From NCBI GenBank assembly GCA_964599625.1, contig CAZRGC010000001.1, positions 51,019 through 115,018 on the forward strand: DNA of 64,000 nt, written 5' to 3'. Of the stretch, positions 58,677 through 64,000 are shown one piece after another. Below the pieces are notes generated by a model. The model searched no databases. It was not told where the DNA came from and worked only from the letters and a program-made list of their open reading frames with translations. Position 1 is the first letter of the stretch. The number at the start of each line of letters is the position of its first letter. Position numbers and translations under genes: made by a program. The DNA comes from an uncultured Gammaproteobacteria bacterium (lineage in GTDB: Bacteria; Patescibacteriota; Microgenomatia; UBA8517).

Positions 58677-59719
58677 GTTTGACAGATTTGACGAATGCTT
58701 TAAATATTCCTGATAAGCAGAAAAAAATTGAGGAACTGACTGTCAAATCCGCCGACCCAAATCTCTGGGATAATCAGGAAGAAGCAAGAAGTGTTACCCA
58801 AGAACTTTCCGACCTCAAAAAAGAATTAGAAGAAGTTGAAGAATTAACTCAAAATTTGGAAATAATCAAAGTACTCTCGGACGATTCTTCCCAGGAGGAA
58901 AACTTACAAACAGAGGTTGCCAAAGCCGAAAAGTTTATGGAAAAGCTGGAACTCAAATCATTTTTGTCAGGCGAATACGATGGTAAGAATGCAATTCTTT
59001 CCATACATGCAGGTCAGGGTGGAACCGAGGCAATGGATTGGTCCAATATGATTTACAGAATGTATACACGTTTTTGTGAGATAAGAGGTTGGAAGTCACA
59101 AATTCTAGAATATTCGGCAGGGGAAGAGGCTGGTATCAAAAGTGTAACAATAAAAGTTTTGGGACATTATGCCTACGGTTATCTCAAAGGAGAAGCAGGA
59201 ACCCATAGACTTGTCAGACAATCACCATTCAATGCAGACAAACTAAGACAAACTTCATTTGCTCTTGTCGAAGTTATGCCCGAACTTTCCGATGTTGACT
59301 TGCGTGATATAGAAATCAAGGAAGACGATTTAGATTGGCAGTTCATTCACGCAGGTGGGCACGGCGGCCAAAATGTGAATAAAGTTGCCACGGCAGTACG
59401 GCTTACACACATCCCTTCCGGAATAGTCATCACCGCATCCACCGAAAGGTTTCAGGAGCAAAACCGAAAGATTGCAATGGATCTTTTGAGAGGAAAGCTT
59501 TGGCTCATGCAGCAAGAAATTGCCAAAGGTCTCAAAAAGGAATTAAAAGGCGACTACAGACCTGCATCTTGGGGAACGCAAATCAGAAGTTATGTGCTTC
59601 ATCCATACAAAATGGTTAAAGACTTAAGAACAGATGTCGAAACAGGAAATACTGATGCCGTTTTAGACGGGGAAATAGATCTTTTTATCGATGCCGAACT
59701 CAAGTCAGTGGGTAGATAA
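58637..59719 (+). CDS. prfB: peptide chain release factor 2
   Basis: SPF tripeptide (RQSPFN) and GGQ motif (HAGGHGGQNVNKV). Start placed at the ATG at 58637; the track start at 58616 is a TTG. The reading frame is uninterrupted. Confidence 0.9.
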   Translation: MQEIKQKIAELLTRLTDLTNALNIPDKQKKIEELTVKSADPNLWDNQEEARSVTQELSDLKKELEEVEELTQNLEIIKVLSDDSSQEENLQTEVAKAEKFMEKLELKSFLSGEYDGKNAILSIHAGQGGTEAMDWSNMIYRMYTRFCEIRGWKSQILEYSAGEEAGIKSVTIKVLGHYAYGYLKGEAGTHRLVRQSPFNADKLRQTSFALVEVMPELSDVDLRDIEIKEDDLDWQFIHAGGHGGQNVNKVATAVRLTHIPSGIVITASTERFQEQNRKIAMDLLRGKLWLMQQEIAKGLKKELKGDYRPASWGTQIRSYVLHPYKMVKDLRTDVETGNTDAVLDGEIDLFIDAELKSVGR

Positions 59720-59765
59720 TATTTTGAATTTGCGTTTTGACAACCCACTTTGATATATTGAATCC

Positions 59766-60236
59766 ATGCAGCAAATCAACCCAGGTCTTGGTGGGGTTCA
59801 AAAACAAGTAACAAAAGCTTTTGGAAGTTTTGATATCAAAAAACATTGGGGGTATATTCTTGGCGCACTTTTGGTGGTCCTGGCAGGAGTCGGAAGTGGC
59901 GGGTTTATCTCTCAAAAACTACTGGGGACATCTCCCCAAACAATTTCTTCAGGAGCAGCTCCCGGCGCAAAAGTAACGGATAACGAAGCTGGGATGTTGG
60001 ACTCCAACACAAAGTACGACGAGGCAACGGGTGATCTCAAAGAAGAAGGCATAGGCAACGAAGGCACACACCATCTAGAACGCGACGGTGGACCCAGCAG
60101 ATATGTTTATCTCACCTCAAGTGTTATTGATCTTCAAAGTTTTGTCGGCAAAAAGGTCCAAGTTTGGGGCCAAACGCTTGCTTCCAAAAAGGCTGGCTGG
60201 CTAATGGATGTCTCCAAAATCAAAGTAGTTGAATAA
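59766..60236 (+). CDS. hypothetical membrane-anchored protein
   Basis: 156 aa with one N-terminal TM helix. Confidence 0.4.
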   Translation: MQQINPGLGGVQKQVTKAFGSFDIKKHWGYILGALLVVLAGVGSGGFISQKLLGTSPQTISSGAAPGAKVTDNEAGMLDSNTKYDEATGDLKEEGIGNEGTHHLERDGGPSRYVYLTSSVIDLQSFVGKKVQVWGQTLASKKAGWLMDVSKIKVVE

Positions 60237-60304
60237 AACAGTTCAGGGAAATGTTGTTTTGGGCTGGTAATTATACTTTTCACTTGATAATGTAAATTCT
60301 GCGT

Positions 60305-61015
60305 ATGGCCGAAGAAAAAAAAGAAATGGTTCATCTTAAGAACGTTACCAAACGTTTTGGTTCGGTTTCTGCAGTTTCAGAGATAAGCTTTGATGTTTCC
60401 AAGGGTGAATTTGTTTTTTTGACAGGACCTTCTGGTGCGGGCAAGACCACTATTTTAAAAATGATTCTTGGTGAGTTTTCTCCAGACAGCGGACAGATCG
60501 TTGTTGGTGGTAGAAATGTGCATTCACTAAAGCCGTCTGAAGTGCCCGAATACAGACAAAAAATTGGCACAGTTTTCCAAGATTTCAAAATTCTTCCTGA
60601 GCGTACTGTTGGTGAAAATGTAGAAGTTGCACTTGCCGTAATTGGACTTTCGGAGTCCGGTTGGAGCGAACGAGTCATGCATGTTCTTAAACTTGTTGGC
60701 CTTTCCAAAAATGTGAATATGTTTCCATCACAACTTTCAGGTGGGGAATTACAGCGTGTTTCTTTGGCTCGCGCGTTGGCTGTGAACCCATCGCTACTTT
60801 TGGCAGATGAGCCCACCGGAAATCTTGACTGGGACACATCAGATACAATAATGGAACTCTTTGAAAAAATCGCATCAGAAGGTAAAACAATTATCATGGC
60901 TACCCATAATATGGAGATTATAAAAAAGTACAAAAAAAGAGTTATACATATAGTTGACGGAAAAGTGACAGACAAGTCGGGCGGGAGTAAGATGGACTCT
61001 AAGAATAATGGCTAA
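60305..61015 (+). CDS. ftsE: cell-division ATP-binding protein FtsE
   Basis: Walker A GPSGAGKTT. ABC signature LSGGELQRVSLARAL. Walker B LLLADEPTGNLD. Confidence 0.9.
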   Translation: MAEEKKEMVHLKNVTKRFGSVSAVSEISFDVSKGEFVFLTGPSGAGKTTILKMILGEFSPDSGQIVVGGRNVHSLKPSEVPEYRQKIGTVFQDFKILPERTVGENVEVALAVIGLSESGWSERVMHVLKLVGLSKNVNMFPSQLSGGELQRVSLARALAVNPSLLLADEPTGNLDWDTSDTIMELFEKIASEGKTIIMATHNMEIIKKYKKRVIHIVDGKVTDKSGGSKMDSKNNG

Positions 61016-61925
61016 TATTCATATCAAGACTGCGTTAGGGTATGTAAGGCGTTCGCCGTTTCAAGCATTGGCAGCCATATCGGTTTTGTTGCTAACTTTT
61101 TTTGTTGCCACGTTAGTTTCTGTTTTGGTTTATTCTTCATCAAAACTAATAGGATATTTCGAGACTAGGCCCCAGGTTATCGCATTTCTCAAAAGTGATG
61201 CAAAAGAAGATGAAATTTCTACCCTTCAACACAAGCTGGAAAAAGATGATCGCATAAAAGAAGTTAAATATGTTAGCAAAGAGGAAGCATTATCTATTTA
61301 CAAAACAGCCACCAGCGACAATCCATTATTGGGGCAACTTGTGAGCCCTTCTATATTTCCTTCGTCATTGGAATTTTCGGTTAACGATCTCAATTTTGCA
61401 CAAAAAGTAATAGAAGATGTTAAAGGTGAGTCAATTGTTGACTCCGTTGGTTTCACAGCTGCGTTGGGTGGTGAGTCCAGTCTCAACGAGGTGGTGTCCC
61501 GACTCAGAACAATCACGTCTTATGTCAAAGTTGGAGGTGTGTCTTTTGTGGGAATACTTGCACTTACTTCATTTGTTGTTCTTTTGATAATCATAAGTTT
61601 AAGAATGAGCACAAGGCGTGATGAGGTGGAAATTCTCAATTTGATAGGTGCAACAAAAGGTTTCATAAGGAGTCCAATAATAATAGAAGCGGTTATATAT
61701 GCAGTTTTGGGTGTATTTCTGGGGTGGGCCATCACCTTTATAGCTGTCCTTTATTTTGCACCTTCGGCTGTGACATACTTCGGCGACATCCCGGTTCTCC
61801 CCAAAGACGCAATAGGAATATTTGAACTTTTTGGAATAATTCTCGGAGTGGAACTTTTGGCCGGTTTCGTTCTTGCCTTTTCGGGAAGCCTTCTTGCCGT
61901 ATCACGTGCCAGGAAAGCAAAATGA
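61008..61925 (+). CDS. ftsX: cell-division permease FtsX
   Basis: Overlaps ftsE by 8 nt. One N-terminal TM helix, a periplasmic domain, and three C-terminal TM helices. Confidence 0.75.
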   Translation: MANIHIKTALGYVRRSPFQALAAISVLLLTFFVATLVSVLVYSSSKLIGYFETRPQVIAFLKSDAKEDEISTLQHKLEKDDRIKEVKYVSKEEALSIYKTATSDNPLLGQLVSPSIFPSSLEFSVNDLNFAQKVIEDVKGESIVDSVGFTAALGGESSLNEVVSRLRTITSYVKVGGVSFVGILALTSFVVLLIIISLRMSTRRDEVEILNLIGATKGFIRSPIIIEAVIYAVLGVFLGWAITFIAVLYFAPSAVTYFGDIPVLPKDAIGIFELFGIILGVELLAGFVLAFSGSLLAVSRARKAK

Positions 61926-63106
61926 CACTAAAAATAAATGGAACAAAGATATTTCTATTTGCGCTAGGCCTTTTAGCATTTTTGGCCCTCACTCCGCGTT
62001 TGGTTTCTGGCGATGATTGTGACAATATTCCATCGGACAAAGACCATATTTCACAAAAAATACAGTGCCTCACAGGCAAGATTTCTCAGTTAAACACACA
62101 AGCCTCAACTCTCAAAAATCAAATTTCGCAATTTGATGCACAAATCAAACTGACAACTCTTAAAATCACAGATACCCAAAACAAGATCAGTCTTTTGGGC
62201 GGACGCATAGATCAATTGGAAGTTTCCATGAACGATCTCACCAAGGCTTTTTCCGGGCGGGCAGTCGAGACATACAAAATGTCCAGGTTCTCCGACGCTG
62301 TTGTCTTTGTTATGGCTGCGGAGGATTTAACCAATGCCGTATCCAGATATCATTATCTGCAAAAAATTCAGGAAGCAGACAGAAGTCTTTTAACCCGCCT
62401 TCAGGAGACCCAAACAATGTACCAGGGACAAAAGGTTGATCAGGAAACACTGCAAAAACAACTAACCGCTCAACAGCAAAACTTGAATTCCCAAAAGACA
62501 GCCAAAGCTAGACTTTTGAAAGATACTCAAAATAGTGAAGTCAGGTATCAACAACTACTGGCAGAAGCAAAAGCAGAGTACGAAGCCATTCAGGGAATTT
62601 TGGCCGGCAAAGGAAAAGAAACCGAAGTTGGCAAGGTTAATGCAGGTGATAAAATCGCAAGTGTTATTCAGGGTTCTTCCTGTAATTCCGGCGGGACCCA
62701 TTTACATTTTACTGTAAGTAGCGGTGGGGTAACACAAAACCCATTTAACTATCTCAAAGGCGGTGTTGATTATGTTAACTGTTCAGGGTCAGGTTGTGGA
62801 TCAAGTGACGGTGACAGCTTTAACCCTTCCGGGTCTTGGGATTGGCCAATTAGTCCAAAAATAAAATTTAACCAGGGATACGGAGCAACCTGGGCCGTTA
62901 GAAACACGTATGTTGGAAAAATTTATAACGCCCACAACGGAATAGATATAACAAGTGATTCACCGGATGTGCGCGCGGTCAAAGCAGGAACCTTATATAG
63001 AGGAAGCTATGTAGGTGGTGGTGGTTGTTCTTTGCGGTATGTCAGAGTTCACAACGACGATGGAGGGTTGGATGTTTTCTATCTTCATGTAAACTACGTG
63101 TTGTAG
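61922..63106 (+). CDS. coiled-coil M23/LytM-domain peptidase (EnvC-like FtsEX partner)
   Basis: Overlaps ftsX by 4 nt. Signal/TM segment, long Q-rich coiled coil, and M23 motifs GGTHLHF, AHNGIDI and FYLHV. Confidence 0.7.
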   Translation: MTLKINGTKIFLFALGLLAFLALTPRLVSGDDCDNIPSDKDHISQKIQCLTGKISQLNTQASTLKNQISQFDAQIKLTTLKITDTQNKISLLGGRIDQLEVSMNDLTKAFSGRAVETYKMSRFSDAVVFVMAAEDLTNAVSRYHYLQKIQEADRSLLTRLQETQTMYQGQKVDQETLQKQLTAQQQNLNSQKTAKARLLKDTQNSEVRYQQLLAEAKAEYEAIQGILAGKGKETEVGKVNAGDKIASVIQGSSCNSGGTHLHFTVSSGGVTQNPFNYLKGGVDYVNCSGSGCGSSDGDSFNPSGSWDWPISPKIKFNQGYGATWAVRNTYVGKIYNAHNGIDITSDSPDVRAVKAGTLYRGSYVGGGGCSLRYVRVHNDDGGLDVFYLHVNYVL

Positions 63107-63141
63107 ACTTTTGGAATAATTAAAAAGTTAGAGTTGTAATA

Positions 63142-63927
63142 ATGCAAATAACACGTAGAACAAAAATAGTTGCGGCAGTTTCTGTTTTTGTAGTAACTTT
63201 TGGTTTACTTGCCAAAAATATATTTGCAGCAAGTGTAACGATTACAAACCTTCCGGCAAACATAACCGCAGAGACAGACTTTCAGGTGGCATTTGTTGTT
63301 AATGGGGCAGTCCCAGGGTCCCATTACTATTCAAAAGGTCTTGGTGGTCCAAGTTTCACCAATATTGATACCTGGAATGGGGGTTGGTTGCAGCAAAACG
63401 ATGCATGGACTTCCATGCCCGATTTCAACCCGACAGAAAGTACATATTCCGGAACTATAAAATTGCGTTTTGATGGTTCAGTATCTGCAGGTTCACACCA
63501 GGTAAAAATAAGGATTAAAGAATCCGGCAACGATAATTATATAGATTCGGATATTCAAAATACCAATGTAGCACCTGCTCCCACCCCTACACCAACCCCA
63601 TCTGCAACTCCTGTTCCCACTCCCACATCAACACCTGTTTCTACAAAATCACCAACCCCCACCCCCATAAAAACCAAGTCACCAACTCCCGTTTCCACAC
63701 CAACACCTCAAGTATTGGCAGTTCAAACAGACAACCCTTCACCCGAATCATTGGAAACACTGTTACCTGAACAGACTTCACAGCCTGAATCCAAATCTCC
63801 AATAGATCCCAAAAAGAAAGTAATGATAATTTCGATAATAATTATTTCAGTTGGAATTTTAATTACGGGAGTTGCTGGTTTTTTAGCATACAAAAAAGCC
63901 AAGATGCCAGGTGAACCTCTGGTATAA
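63142..63927 (+). CDS. secreted protein with Pro/Thr-rich linker and C-terminal membrane anchor
   Basis: Signal peptide. PTPTPTP linker of about 60 aa. Terminal hydrophobic helix plus KKAK. Confidence 0.45.
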   Translation: MQITRRTKIVAAVSVFVVTFGLLAKNIFAASVTITNLPANITAETDFQVAFVVNGAVPGSHYYSKGLGGPSFTNIDTWNGGWLQQNDAWTSMPDFNPTESTYSGTIKLRFDGSVSAGSHQVKIRIKESGNDNYIDSDIQNTNVAPAPTPTPTPSATPVPTPTSTPVSTKSPTPTPIKTKSPTPVSTPTPQVLAVQTDNPSPESLETLLPEQTSQPESKSPIDPKKKVMIISIIIISVGILITGVAGFLAYKKAKMPGEPLV

Positions 63928-64000
63928 TATTTTAGTGAAAGAGAAAAACAATTATCAATCCAGGCTTATTAAAAAAATCTTGTTATGGTCCCCCCCGATA

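Noticed and set aside
60331-60975. 214-aa minus-strand ORF antisense to ftsE
   Set aside because: ftsE carries complete Walker A, Walker B and signature motifs on the plus strand. The antisense ORF has no motif.
1-64000. CRISPR arrays, rRNA and tRNA genes
   Set aside because: No regularly spaced repeats of CRISPR length and no rRNA- or tRNA-like sequence was seen. The only tandem or direct repeats found, at 51740-51802 and 48245-48334, are reported as such.

Overview
The backbone is low-GC and gene-dense. Its housekeeping set is rarA, secA, queA, tgt, prfB (SPF and GGQ motifs, uninterrupted), ftsE, ftsX, an M23 coiled-coil peptidase, an FKBP PPIase, a PEBP/YbhB protein and a secreted purine-nucleoside-phosphorylase-family lipoprotein. 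There are many lineage-specific hypothetical proteins. This gene content resembles small-genome, Candidate-Phyla-Radiation-like bacteria; that is an inference from content, not a database result. Three parts of the window are not ordinary backbone.

(1) An island of about 16.7 kb (c. 11706-28413) is inserted right at the 3' end of secA. It starts with a large serine recombinase and carries two paralogous excisionase-type HTH genes and small phage-like ORFs. Its main feature is a 12-kb minus-strand operon of six tightly coupled genes, with all junctions overlapping or within 3 nt. In transcription order they are: a PLD-nuclease::SNF2-helicase fusion, a 1170-aa PglX/Eco57I-like N6-adenine methyltransferase, a CD-NTase/SMODS-like nucleotidyltransferase, a roughly 240-aa PD-(D/E)xK (NucC-like) nuclease, a GmrSD/BrxU-like DUF262-DUF1524 enzyme, and a membrane-anchored trypsin-like protease. 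This looks like a composite defence super-operon. The DISARM/BREX-like, CBASS-like and type-IV-restriction-like modules appear fused into one transcription unit, and that exact combination is not a described named system as far as I can tell.

(2) A clearly higher-GC island of about 4.5 kb (c. 3491-8045) encodes a PP2C-like phosphatase, an atypical protein kinase with a CxxC zinc ribbon, an isochorismatase-family hydrolase and a TerY-like vWA protein. This is the TerY-P triad architecture with an embedded hydrolase, and it ends at a rho-independent terminator.

(3) A minus-strand operon (28414-34276) combines a type-II PI4-kinase-like protein, a 702-aa vWA protein, a small protein and an extended MoxR/AAA_5 ATPase. 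This looks like a vWA-MoxR conflict or chaperone-type system.

A second higher-GC patch (54381-58080) carries three envelope proteins of unknown function. I saw no rRNA, tRNA or CRISPR array. All homology calls rest on motifs read by eye from the translations and need HMM or BLAST confirmation.
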